Position numbers and translations under genes: made by a program. From the NCBI RefSeq assembly GCF_009914755.1, contig NC_060925.1: a stretch of DNA of 64,000 nt, one strand, 5' to 3'. This DNA comes from the human T2T-CHM13v2.0 reference genome, Homo sapiens. This document shows, one piece after another, positions 44,586 through 59,680 of the stretch (position 1 is the first letter of the stretch; each line of letters begins with the position of its first letter). Below the pieces are notes generated by a model. It was not told where the DNA came from and made no database searches. It saw only the letters and a list, made by a program, of their open reading frames with translations.

Positions 44586-46190
44586 CCCTGCTCTTCACTT
44601 CCAACTTCCTTTAGTGCTTCCTTTATATAAGGAGGCAAAAGAAATGTCATCATTTGACTTTCTGCAGCACCACTCAGGAGGCCTGGAAGGAAGAAGGTCT
44701 TGCACTGGCCTGGGCTGGCTTGTGCTTGCCATGAATTCTTATGCTCCTGGTGTCCTTGATGTTCATAGTGGCCTTGGGCTCATGGAGTTACAACTATATG
44801 CTAAGCCTGGGGCCATATCTGCTTAGTAAACTACTGAGCTACATTTAATGAATTCTAAATGGAAAGGGGACCTATGGAATGAAGTGACCCCATTTTATCT
44901 TTTCACTGCCTCTGCATTACCCAGCATGAGCTAGTGCCAAATACCATTGCTACTTGAGTGCATTACATAGTAAGCCAAGCTGATTGCTCTAGTAACATGA
45001 AAGAGCCAACCCCAGCATAAAAAGGTTTTCTATCATTTTAGAAATTTGATTCAAAGCATACCTATGATATAGTAGAAAGAACTCTAGACTGAAACAACCT
45101 GGATTTGAATTTGGCTCTGTCTCATGTTAGTTCTTTGGCCATTCTAAGCCGTTCATCTCTCAGATTGTCCTTAGCAGTGAAAGAATAATCATGCCTACCT
45201 TACAGGGCTGTCATGGAGATGAAGACTTTTGTTTATCTGTGTGGTTTTCACTCATTTATTCATTCATTTTCTGTCTGATTCATGAAGAAAAAGTAGCAAT
45301 GTTTTTGTGATAGTTTGAAAATTATAAGATGTAAATGTAAGATACTATATTCAAGATTCTTAAAAGTCTTTCTATAAAAGTAATTATCACCCATTTTTAT
45401 TAATAAAGCCTGAAGCAAGTGAGATTGTTTTTAAAAAATCCAACACTCAATAAGTAACCAGCTTACTGAATCACAATGATAGGGTATAATTCCCTGTCCT
45501 CACACAATTTAAAAGTAAACTACATCTTAAAAGAATAAATTTATAAATCACTGTATCTATTATGATCTTATCCTCTTTCAATACGATCAAGGATTTCACA
45601 TTGTTGTCGGCTTTTTTTCTATACAGCAGTCAATAACAACACTTGACTGAGAGAAGTGACAGTCTTCGTATGACTATTTCTTAGCCACCTAAATATTATC
45701 CAGAAATAAAATAGAAGAAAACTTCTGAAAAAAAAAGATTTTGAGAGGCAGATACAAATCAATCAGCATACTGGAATGTGGATCGCCAAAACTCGAGAGC
45801 AGCAATTTTCAACCATTGGTGAATTAATAGTAATCAATTCTACTATTGTGTGATATACATGAATACTTCTTTGCATACACATACTGCAGAGTGCAGCATA
45901 ATTTAGTGAAAAGGTAATAGCACGTGGAGTAAGGGAAAAAAATCAATTCCTCCTTTTCTATTTGTGGGCCAAATGATTTCATTTAAGTCACTTAATTCTG
46001 ACACTCAGTTTCCTGTAAACTGTAAACTCTAAAATGCAGATTACAATACTCATCTTGTCTACCCAGGTTATTGTGAAAATCAAATGAATTAATATACGTA
46101 AAAAATATTGGAATATTCACTTTCTATATCTTTATAATAGCTATTTAAACATTCAAATCTAGATGATATGAAACTGTGGGGGTTTTTTTG

Positions 46191-46802
<612 letters not shown>

Positions 46803-47233
46803 TGAAACTGTGTTTTGAGGTCACTGGTAGACAGTATTAGCAGAATGATATTTTTTATCTATGTGGAAAAAGTGCAGATGAGGAAACGAATGATAAAGCA
46901 ACCATAACAATTTATGTAAGAATTTCTAGAATCTTGATGCTGACCATCAAACTTCTTCCCGTCCTACCATTAATGACTTGCTTTGGACCTTTTAGTATAG
47001 ATGGCTCTTCCATTTATCATAGTAATCAAGCTAGGATTTCAACAAAATTAAAGCTAGAAGGCATCTCTCTGAGATATTTGAGTATTATACTCTGTCTTCC
47101 TATCTAGTGCAGTTTTCCATACTTGATTAAACATGGTTATTAGAAAGCGCTGCTAATTTTTTGCCTTGTTTTAATTCCTATGACTCAAATAATCTAAGTA
47201 TCATATCCAAAATGGTATATATTTACTTATTTT

Positions 47234-47275
47234 ATATATGTATCATATATATGCACATATATATGATACATATAT
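47234..47275. repeat. Perfect AT-rich inverted repeat: 20-bp arms, 2-nt loop
   Basis: ATATATGTATCATATATATG-CA-CATATATATGATACATATAT. Confidence 0.95.
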
Positions 47276-48499
47276 TTCTCCTCTAAGCTTATACGATCTC
47301 ACATTGTTGCTTGAAGAGTCCACCTACATACATTTACCCAAATACAAGGTTGGTACCTTTATGGCCTGTGTTCTCAGAGACTACTGGGAGTTAAGGCAGC
47401 AGATGTTCCATGATATACATCAGATGTACAACTCTGGGACCTAAGTTTGTCCTATAAAATTGCACAACAAAGCCATCACCTTGTGGAGGGATGGGAAGGA
47501 GTAGGAACAACAGATGGGCAGAATAGAACAAATCAGGGTTAGAGACCAGACCCTTGAGCAAAAACCTCAGGATCTCCTGGCACCCCTACCATTTTCTTGT
47601 GGTGGCTTTGGCAGATCTCCTTCCTTCCTTCCAGGTTGAGGAGGGAGGAGAGGAGAGAGTTCTGCATTTAAGGTGGGGGATTTGGGAGTCATTGACTGCT
47701 GCACTCAGATTAATTTTCCTCCAACTCTGTGGATCTTAGGCGGCAGAACCAGGACATTGAAAGTTGCCTGCTATGACTGGATTCTCTACCAAATGCAAAA
47801 ACAAAAACCCCTCTGTTATCAAGAAGTCACTTTTTTCAATAGTATTTCTCTAATGATCACATATTGTTTCCCAGAAAGTGCTCCTAAATTATTTAGGAGG
47901 AACAGCCTGTCACCCCATGCATTAAGATTTGCCAATGCAGGTACAATTCCTAAGTTATATGCGATCTCATCCCTTTGGCTTTGGGAGGGAAACCGACAAC
48001 AAAGGGATTTTTTTTTTGTCTGTTTGTTTGGAAGGGTTGCTTTTATTTTTGTGTGAAGAGAAAATGATGAGGATTGTTTCCTAAGGTGGAATTACAAATT
48101 ACAGAAATCGGCTATTTCCTCTAACCTAGACTTGAGCTATTATCATAATATGATCAGTGCTAAGCAAACACAGGAATAAAGAAAACATTTCATAATAATT
48201 AGTTGTGGACATTTTTAAAAGTGAAATAATGCTCTGGCCTTTAATCAGGGCAATAGCCTGCGGGTGAATGAAAAGAATAGCAAAAGAAAAAAAAAATAGA
48301 AGAAGGTGACATTTCAGAGAGCCAGAATAGTGAAGAGGGGAACGGAATGTAGGGAAGGATCATGAGACAAGAATATGAGGGGAAACAGAAGATAGAATGG
48401 AATAGAAGGGGGGGAAAAGGAAAATATGGGAGGTAAAGGAGGGGGTAAGGAGAGAGGCAAACAGGGAAGAGATTGCAGGTAAAAATAAAACAGAAAAAG

Positions 48500-49025
48500 C
48501 CCAGGTGGAATTCATGCAAACTGTTCTCATCAACACTGCTACTCCCTCCTGTCACTGGAACTGTCAAACAGGCTCCGCTCGTAATGAAAGGAAAAATATT
48601 TTATTCAGATTTATTAATTTGAAAATGAAGCCCGCCTGTCGAGAGGGGGACAGTTCTTCTCAATCTGTCATCGTTGAACCACACGCTCCTGACACCGGGA
48701 TTCATTTGTCTTGTCGGCTCTGACAGTTGGATTCTCCCAGAGCTCTTCCTAGTGGATCGCCCTGGGATTTTAAACCGGATGAAACACATTCCGACAAGGA
48801 ACAGCCTCTTTATTAATGCAAATTACATGAGGAGGAGAGAAAAAAAGAGAGAAAGAAGAGAGACGCCAGCAGCCGCTGTGGTGTTCTTATCCCTGTATCA
48901 GTCATTTGTTATTTACATTTATACACATTTTTCAGTTTTAATAAAAGGAGACCCGGATTTTCAGTGACATTTATGGACAGTTTGTTTCAAAAAAAATGAT
49001 GCCATCACTATAATTGTATGCAAAA
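48500..49025. promoter_or_regulatory. Candidate developmental enhancer / promoter-proximal module (TALE, POU, HOX/CDX motifs)
   Basis: TGACAG/CTGTCA at 48549, 48561, 48665 and 48721; octamer ATGCAAAT at 48816-48823; TGACA+TTTATGG at 48965-48976; repeat-free, with more CpG than the background. Confidence 0.55.
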
Positions 49026-49029
49026 AAAA

Positions 49030-49430
49030 CTGCGCCGTGTTCCCCTCTGTTGTGTGCGCCGCGTCCGGGGAGCCTGGGCCGTGCCTCCCTGGCGTATGCA
49101 GGTCGCCGGCGCAGCCGCCAGCTCCGGGGGCCGCGCTTCCAGCCACCCGCAGCCGGCGGGGCCCGCCGGGCAGCACGGGAATCGCGGAGCGCGGCAGCTC
49201 CCCTGCGCGCCGCCGCCGCCCTGCTCCTGGCCTCTGCAGGCGCCTGGGCTGCTCCACCTGAGAGCTGCGCAGGGCGGTCTGGCGGTGGCTGCTGCCCACA
49301 TAATCCGACCCAAAGGCCCTTGGCTTCAATGCAAATCCCGGAGCTGAATCGCCAACAACCCAGGGCCCACTTCCCATTACGCACCAGTGGCACCGTGCCT
49401 GGGGCCTTCGGTACTTGGAGGAGCCCACGA
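49030..49430. promoter_or_regulatory. CpG island (no recognisable coding exon nearby)
   Basis: About 40 CpGs hand-counted in about 400 bp of GC-rich, non-Alu sequence, in an otherwise CpG-depleted window; GCC repeats, TAATCC at 49301, octamer at 49329-49336. Confidence 0.9.
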
Positions 49431-49555
49431 AAATGTTTCCGTTTTAATTTATGTTAAAATCAGAAGAAATAACAGTAGGTAGAAAATAATGAAGCCAGCT
49501 TGGACTGCATGTGTTTTTCTGCCAAGGCAGTCATAAAAGGTCATGTTTATTACTT

Positions 49556-49923
<368 letters not shown>

Positions 49924-50007
49924 TAGAAGGTACACCATGTATGGGAGCTCTCCAGGCCGCCTTACAGCCTTCTTGGGCCTTTTGCCTTCATGGACCTCTT
50001 CTTCCAT

Positions 50008-50207
50008 GGGAGGCCAGGGCGGGTGGATCACGAGGTCAGGAGTTCAAGACCAGCGTAGGCCGGGCAGGGTGGCTCACGCCTGTAATCCCAGCACTTTGGG
50101 AGACTGAGGCGGGCAGATCACCTGAGGTCAGGAGTTCGAGACCAGCCTGGCCAACATGGTGAAACCCCATCTCTACTAAAAATACAGAAATTAGCCTGAC
50201 CATGGTT
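50008..50207 (+). mobile_element. Two Alu left-arm fragments (50008-50056 and 50058-50207)
   Basis: GGGAGGCCAGGGCGGGTGGATCACGAGGTCAGGAG..., then GGCCGGGCAGGGTGGCTCACGCC...AAATACAGAAATTAGCC; no right arm or A-tail. Confidence 0.9.
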
Positions 50208-50630
50208 GTCTCATCTGGTGAGATGAGGGGCAGAGAGAGCCCACTCTGGGATTCTGGAGAGCCAGATTTTTATTCCAGCTCAGTCGCTGGCTAGTGATGC
50301 AGCCCTGGACATGTCACATCCAAAGCTTGGTTATTGCCATGCAAGAGAGCAGTAAGGCTGGGGAATCCCTTAGATGGCCTCCCACTCTTCCACTGAATGG
50401 TTCTCGGATTCCTCAGTAGAATGACTAAACCTGATAGAGTAACACGGTTCTGATCTTCCTATAATATCTCTAAAATTCTCCACGGCAAAGTGGGAAAAGC
50501 ATGGTGTAGGGCCCAGAGACTTAAGTTACAGTGGAGAATTAGCTGTTAGCTAAGGGGTAACCTTAGGAAAATTGTAGTAACTTCTCCAAGTCTGTTTCCT
50601 GATCTGTAAAAAGTAAGGGTTACACTGGAT

Positions 50631-50809
50631 CAGTGATACTCAAACTGTGGTCCCAAACCAGCAGCATCTGCATCACCTGGAAACTTGTTAGAAATACAAG
50701 TTCTTGAGCCTCTACTCAGTCCTACTGAGTCAGAAACTCTGGGGGTGGGGGGTGACAAACTGTACCTTAACAAGGATGTTTTGACATCAATAAAGTTTGA
50801 GAACCACTG
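50631..50809. mobile_element. MER5A (hAT-Charlie) inserted in a MIR
   Basis: Terminal repeats CAGTGATACTCAAACT / AGTTTGAGAACCACTG; 8-bp TSD CACTGGAT / CACTAAAT. Confidence 0.9.
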
Positions 50810-52393
50810 CACTAAATGCTAAGGCCCTTTGCAGCTCTGTGGTTGTGATTCCAAATATGGTGCAGTTATCCCTTCACATCTATGGTATTTAAATTACATT
50901 CCTATTTTAGGAATAAACTGAATAGGTAAGCTTTGCTAGTTTCTATGGGTTAGAATTTTACTTATTTCCTAATATTTAGGATCTTTATTAAAGAGTCTTG
51001 AGGAGAAGTTGGAAAGGGGTATTAAACTGGCAAAGGTCATGCAGTGCTTGAATTTCTCTAAATGCCCTGCATGTAGCACCGGTTCTTTAAATCTAGATCA
51101 CTATCTAAACGTGAAACGTTTTTATCCATGCATGACAGCCTTAAAACAGGTAACTCCCTTCATTCTCCCTAAAAAATGTCCTTCCAATTAAATGAAAGGC
51201 AAAGACAAGACAAATAACCAAAAAGGCAATGAGAATTTCAGTGATGTGTAAGCATACAATTAATGGAAGTAGGGGGAAAATTGTCTTCTGCCTGGTAAAG
51301 CAACACAAAAGACTACACCTAGCCAACAACCACATGTAAAACAAATGCTTGGACCAGTGCACATTCAGCATCAGGGTGTATATGTTTGTTTAATGATGTC
51401 TCCACGGTCTGTAGAATTAATATTTAATAGCACTTGTCAGCAAGATTCTATACAAGGGTTTGTTCTGCCTTTTTTTAACGCTTGTTAGTGATTGTGTCTT
51501 CCTGGGTTGTTCTTCTTTAATATTAGAATTACTCTTTGCATTGGCAGCAATTTTTTACTACTTTCAATTTTGCATTATTTGGCGGGTGTGGGAGATAAGG
51601 CATAGGCAACAGAATTTTAAAGACCTTTAGTGCTGCTTCTCTTCTCAGTCATAATACACTGGGCGAAAGCAAGGTTTTTTGTTTCTTGTTGTTTTTACTA
51701 GTAGCACAGGACCTATCATATAGTATGCACTCAAAAATGTTTATTGTTTCATTACTACTATTATCACAGCTATCAATATTAGCAAAGAATTGGGCTTCTA
51801 ATAGTAGGCAGATGGTCAAGTTACATATATCACAAAGATATGATTTTGGTTTGACTCTTCTATCTCAAAGTTATTTGTCCTAATTCTAAATGGAATATCA
51901 TACTGTGATATTAAAGAAAACACAATTAGCAAATTATGTAGTCTAAATCCCATGTCCATGATCAGGAATGCTTTGAGATTTTGTTTTTTTCCAGGGTATC
52001 CTGAAGTGGCAAGTACCCTGGACTAGAAGTCAGCAATTCTGGGTTTATAATATGAAAACTGGAGCAGGTCATTTTAACTCCCTGTCCTCTTAGCCTGTTT
52101 CAGTTTAGTCATAGCATATTTTACTATCAGATATTATAGATTCTTGCTTGCTTGCTCATCCTTGTGCCTATTTGCTTGGTTACTTGCTTGTCTTCCTTTC
52201 CATTGGAGTGTAAGCTCCAACAAGTCAAGAACTTTGTGTTGTCCAATAGGTGCGCAATGTCTTTCTCTCCCTCTCTTTGATGCTTTGAGTACACTCGCAG
52301 GTATATGTGAAACTCTTATAGATATTAGATGAATGACTGAACAGATGAATATACATATATGTGTATATACATGTATGTGAGTATATATATATA

Positions 52394-52511
52394 TTTCCTG
52401 TGCCTGTGACACTAGCACTTATATATACCTATATATAGGTATATTCATATTCATAGATATATATATATAAATATATATATTCATGTGTGCTAGTGCCGCA
52501 GGCACAGGAAA
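52394..52511. repeat. 25-bp inverted repeat around a TA-rich spacer with an internal 22-bp palindrome
   Basis: TTTCCTGTGCCTGTGACACTAGCAC (52394-52418) vs GTGCTAGTGCCGCAGGCACAGGAAA (52487-52511), 2 mismatches; ATATACCTATATATAGGTATAT at 52423-52444. Confidence 0.93.
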
Positions 52512-52514
52512 AAA

Positions 52515-52710
52515 TATGAGGGCTTTGGACCCAGGCCAACCTGGTATAGAACTTGATTCCCCCAATAAACAGCTGTGTGACCTTGGACAGGATGACACAG
52601 GCAACAACATCTACCATGGAGGGCTGTTGTAAAGACCAGAGACAGGGGCTAACAGTGTTTATCACTGTGCCTGACCGATAGTAGGTGCTCGATAAATGTT
52701 AACTATTGTT
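52515..52710 (+). mobile_element. MIR SINE
   Basis: AGCTGTGTGACCTTGGACAG...CTGTGCCTGACCGATAGTAGGTGCTCGATAAATGTTAACTATT. Confidence 0.7.
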
Positions 52711-52877
52711 TCATTTATGGTTTCAAATAAGTTGTGCACTTCATTACACAGTCAGGTCTTCTACTTCTTTATGTATCTTAGAGTCTCTGGCACATCGAAG
52801 GACAAATAGTAGAAGCTTAAATACACGCTTGACTGTTTGATACATTCAAGCTCTAAGCACAATGAAAAAAGTTTGTT

Positions 52878-53200
<323 letters not shown>

Positions 53201-53801
53201 TTATATTCACAACCCAAATCCACAGATATTTACCAAGTAAAGAGTATGATCAAGGAATTGTGCTATGGTTGTGTTAGTCAGACATTGGTAAAGAATTAAA
53301 AACAAAAATTCCCTAAAACTCTAAGAAATGAAAATACTGCTTGTTGAGCCCAACCTCAATATTGAAAGCTTGGCTCCTGGGTACAGTGTCTATAATTCAA
53401 GTTCAGGCTTATACTCAGGAATTTACCAAAACACTGTTAGTCTTAGCAACTGTCAGAAAATAAAGGTACCTTCTGCTCCATTCCTATGTATAATTTGCAC
53501 ATACTGATTATTTATCTGCTCAAGACTGCCTGTGTTGTGTCTTTTCATCAGCCCAGCACCACACTCCATTCCACCCCATCCTAGACCTTTTCTATCTTTT
53601 ACAGACTTAACTGTGATCTGTTTTAAGAAAAGAAAATAAATTAGTTTCCCAGGAAATCTACATGAGCATTTTCTCCACAGAGGGTACCCCACTGAGAGCT
53701 ACACAAGCCTTAGCCATTGTTTTGTTAAATAGTAATAATAACTTAAAATATGATGACAGCAGCTGATGCCTAACTGCAGGGTAAAGACCAGCCTTGTTAG
53801 C

Positions 53802-53814
53802 GTTGCCTGGCAAC
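53802..53814. promoter_or_regulatory. RFX X-box motif
   Basis: GTTGCC-T-GGCAAC, a perfect palindromic match to GTNRCC(N0-3)RGYAAC, in unique sequence. Confidence 0.5.
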
Positions 53815-54705
53815 CTACGGGTGACATCTTGGAGAATGTGAAGGGGTCCAGTGAGTCGGGAGAGGTCATGGCATCAGAATCGAGGGAACGGAAGGGTCAC
53901 TGACGATCCACAATGGTCTCAACTGATCTTACATTAATTGTTTCAAATGGACCTGATCCTCATCTGTGAGCTGCAATTGAAGGATCTGTAGGTCCACACA
54001 TTTCTATGTGCTCTTCTCACCTTTCTATGTTTATTTTTAAGTTTAAGAGTTATAAGTACTTTGAGGAATACACAGACAATTTCAAGAACTGGTCAGGCAA
54101 GAGTTTTAGACATGATGAAGCCAAAATAATTTCCCAAAATAAATGAATCCACCTGAATACTAATGTTCAAACATTGAAATATCAGTGTGCTAGACAAAAT
54201 TTAGTTTGGCTTAGCCTAGTCAACCTATATTTGTGCAACATGAATAAAATACTAAAATTTGTTCAATTTTCTGTAAATTATATTGGACAACTGCAATATG
54301 CCATACACTGTATTGCAGGCTAGAGATAGATGGAGGGGGCATTATATCTGCTCTCAAAGGGTTATTATAGTCCCAAGGGGAGTAAGAGATAAATATATAT
54401 TTGCATACATTTGCAATTACTGTCCCAAATCAAAGTATATCATCTGACAAGGTTTCTGGCCATAGTATTGTCAATTAATACACCAACCATCCACCTGAAA
54501 CTTTTACATTGTCCTTGGCCCTTCTCTCTCTTTCTCCTCATAGCTAGACAATCACAGGTCCTCTCGTATCTCAGCCTTGTCCATTCCTGTCCATCTCCTC
54601 TGCTAACTTCTCAGACCGGTCCATACTAACTCTTGCTTAGACTTGAGGAATAGCTTCCCCACTGGCCTGTTTCTTCTCTTACTACACCTTCAAAACAATA
54701 GAGAA

Positions 54706-56170
54706 AGGCAATCTTAAGCAGAAAGAACAAAGCTGGAGGCATCACATTACCTGACTTCAAACTATACTACATGGGTACAGTAACCAAAACAGCATGGTAC
54801 TGGTACAAAAACAGACACATAGATCAATGGAACAGAATAGCCAGCTCAGAAATAAAAACCACACATCTACTGCCATCTGATCTTCAACAAAGTCGACAAA
54901 AACAAGCACTGGGGAAAGGACTCCCTATTCAATAAATGGTACTGGGATAACTGGTTAGCCATATGCAGAAGATTAAAGTTGAACCCTTTCCTTATACCAT
55001 ATACAAAAATCAACTCAAGGTGGATTAAAGACTTGAATGTAAAACTGTAAACCCTGGAAGATAACCTAGGAAATACCGTTCTGGACGTAGAAACTAGCAA
55101 CAATCTCATGACGAAGATGCCAAAAGCAATTGCAACAAAAACAAAAATTGACCAGTGGGACCTAACTAAACTGAAGAGCTTCTGCACAGCAAAAGATACT
55201 ATAAACAGAGTAAAGTGACAATCTACTGAATGGGAAAAACTATTTGCAAACTATGCATTCAACAAAGGTCTAATATCCAGTAACTATAAGGAACTTCAAC
55301 AAATCTACAAAAAAAAAAAAAAACATTAAAAAGTGGGCAAACGACATGAACAGACACTGTTCAAAAAAAGACATACATATGGCCAAAAAGCATATGAAAA
55401 AATGCTCAACATCACTAATCATTAGAGAAATGCAAATCAAAACCACAATGAGATACCATCTCACACCAATCAGAATGGCTATTATTAAAAAGTCAAAAAA
55501 TAACAGATGCTGGTGAGGTTGCAAAGAAAAGGAAATATGTATACACTTCTAGTGGGTGGTAAATTAGTTTAGCCACTGTGGAAAGCAGTGTGGCAATTTT
55601 TTATAGAACTTAAAACAGAAGTAACATTTGACCCAGCAATCTCATTAGTGGGTAAATACCCAAAGGAATATAAATCATTCTACCATAAAGACACTAGCAT
55701 GCATATATTTTTCACAGCACTATTCACAATAGCAAATACTTGGAATCCACTCAAATGCCCATCAACAGTAGACTGGATAAAGAAAATTTGGAATATATAC
55801 ACCATGGAATACTACACAGCCATAAAAAAGAATGAGATCATGACATTTGTAGCAATGTGGATGTAACTAGAGTCCATTATCCTAAGCAAACTAACACTGG
55901 AACAGAAGACCAAATACCACATGTTCTCACTTATAAGTGGGAGTTAAACGTTGAGTACACATGAACACAAAGAAGCGAACAGCAGACACTGGGGCCTATT
56001 TGAAGGGTGGGAGGAGGGCGAGGATTGAAAAAGTACCTATCAAGTACTAGGCTTATTATCTTGGCGACGAAATAATCTGTATACCAAACCCCATGACATG
56101 CAATTTACCTATATAACAGACTTGCACATGTACCCCTGAACCTAAAATAAAAGTTAAAAATAAATAAATG
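54706..56170 (+). mobile_element. 5'-truncated L1PA15/16-like element
   Basis: ORF2 C-terminal homology plus 3'UTR ending GTACCCCTGAACCTAAAATAAAAGTTAAAAA; TSD AAACAAT(A/T)GAGAA at 54693-54705 and 56171-56183. Confidence 0.9.
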
Positions 56171-56189
56171 AAACAATTGAGAAGTCACA

Positions 56190-56378
56190 CTCTATGTTCA
56201 AGTCCCAGGTCTGACTTTCCCAGCTGCATGACATTAGGTGATTAACATCTCTGTAACTTACTTTTGTCATCAGTAAGATGAGGATAATAATAATATCTAA
56301 TAGCATTGTTTTGAAGATTGTACCATCCTTAGAACAACACTTGGCACATGGTAAGTGCTCAATAAGAGTTAGCTATTT
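56190..56378 (+). mobile_element. MIR SINE
   Basis: AAGATGAGGATAATAATA...CTTAGAACAACACTTGGCACATGGTAAGTGCTCAATAA. Confidence 0.75.
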
Positions 56379-56380
56379 TT

Positions 56381-57531
<1,151 letters not shown>

Positions 57532-57764
57532 CTCTTGCTTTAAGTTGTCACAATCATAGTTTGATCTACAAGCCCAAAGCATAATGGGAATTTGAATAGA
57601 AATTAGTAAAACTTGATTTTTATCCTATGCTTTATAATTTACAAAGTATTACTGTATACATTATCTCAGTTGATCTACCAAAATCTTTGAGATAAGAAAG
57701 ATGATAATTATTATAATTGTGAGTTTAAGAAACTAAATGATTTCCTAAGATAATACAGCTAATA

Positions 57765-58114
57765 AATGTTGGTTTGGCTGCATCCCCACCCAAATCTCAT
57801 CTTGAATTGTAGCTCCTCTACTTCCCATGTGTTGTGGGAGGAACCAGGTAGGAGATAATTGAATCATGGAGGCAGTTTCCCCCATGCTGTTCTCCTGGTA
57901 GTGAATAAGTTTCAGGAGATCTGATGATTTTATAAGGGGGTTTTGCTTGGCTATCATTTATCTCTTGCCTGCCCCCATGTAAGACAGGCCTTTTGCCTTC
58001 CACTGTGAGGCCTCCCAGCCACGTGCAACTGTGAGTCCATTAAACCTCTTTTTCTTTATAAATTACCCAGTCTTTGGTATGTCTTTATCAGCAGTGTGAG
58101 AACAGATTAATACA
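57765..58114 (+). mobile_element. THE1 (B/C-like) MaLR solo LTR
   Basis: GGTTTGGCTGCATCCCCACCCAAATCTCATCTTGAATTGTAGCTCC...ATTAAACCTCTTTT...AACAGATTAATACA. Confidence 0.93.
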
Positions 58115-58149
58115 GGATCAGAAAAAGAACCTCGTGCCATTTCCACTAG

Positions 58150-58338
58150 TCAGTGGCTTTGAAAGCATAGTCCCCTGATCAGCAATGCAAGCATCCCCTG
58201 GAGTCTATTAGAAATAAAAATTCTTAAGCCCCAAACCAGACCTACTGAATCAAAAACCACAGAAATGGGGCCCAGCAAACTCAATTTTAACAAGGCTTGC
58301 AGATGATTCTGATGAATGCTAATGTTTGTGGACCACTG
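58150..58338. mobile_element. MER5A
   Basis: CAGTGGCTTTGAAAG...CCAGACCTACTGAATCA...TTTTAACAAG...GGACCACTG. Confidence 0.82.
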
Positions 58339-58344
58339 CTATAG

Positions 58345-58512
58345 GCCACAAGCTCTTAGCACTGGCCTCCTCTTAGAATTTACCTGGAAAGTTTATAAAA
58401 ATCATCAATGCCTGGGCCATGATTCAATTCATCTGGGGTTGAGTGGGGGGCATCAGTATTTTTAAAAGCTCTCTAGGTGACACTGAAGCATATCTAGAGT
58501 CAAAAACTACTG
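58345..58512. mobile_element. MER5B-like
   Basis: TTAGAATTTACCTGG...ATGCCTGGGCC...GGCATCAGTATTTTTAAAAGCTCTCTAGGTGA...AACTACTG. Confidence 0.7.
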
Positions 58513-59336
58513 CAGTAATGGCCATGCTTCCTCTTATAACAGGAAAGAAATGCTGCCCAAATAAGTTAGGATCACCTGCCATAGATCCAAGCCAATATTA
58601 GGTCCTGAACTTATTCTCTTCATGGAACACCTAAAGATGGATTTCCCACAGCCTCAGACAATTTAATATAGTTTCGCAGACACCACAGGTCCACAGACTA
58701 AGACCTGTCCCAATAATTGCTTATGTTCCCATTTCTCTTCAGGCCTTTATTTCCATTGCCACAACTCCCTCCTTCCTTGCTTTCATCAGCTAATTGCACA
58801 GATTCCATTAGAACTAAGGGCAGGTGCAGCCTGGAATGAAGGAAGAACTCATCTGTTCCTTCACGTTCTCACTCCTGATGTTTGCTAGTTTGTATGATTA
58901 ATTTTATCAATTTTCCTGACCTGCTTTGCCACTGAAATAAATATGACAGCTGCTCTGCTGCCTCAATTCTTCCTCTTGCCAAGTGAGATGCCGATGTGTT
59001 TTCTTGTTGATGGCAGACTTGGGTAAATATCAAGTAAACAGACAAAACAGGATTCATCCTGGTCATATTGACAAGGCAGGTGTGGAAACAAACATAAATG
59101 CTTCAATTGGATATAAAAAGTAGAAAGCTAATTTCCCACCTCCTACTTTTCCCAGGTACTCATTCAAGAAAACAACATCACATCCCCCATTTCCAAGTCT
59201 GCCTTACCCACTGGTTCTATGTTTTATTCTTTTAGAATAAACTACTTGATAGGTAACAATACAAAAATACTTAGTCTGTGACTACCTCTGATATTTACTT
59301 GTTTAGAGGGGTGGGCTGACAGAGTAAAAATATCTG

Positions 59337-59680
<344 letters not shown>

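Noticed and set aside
48961-49457. Six overlapping 74-155 aa ORFs on both strands
   Set aside because: Stop-codon scarcity in a GC-rich CpG island; low-complexity A/R/G/P content, no recognisable domain or coherent exon structure.
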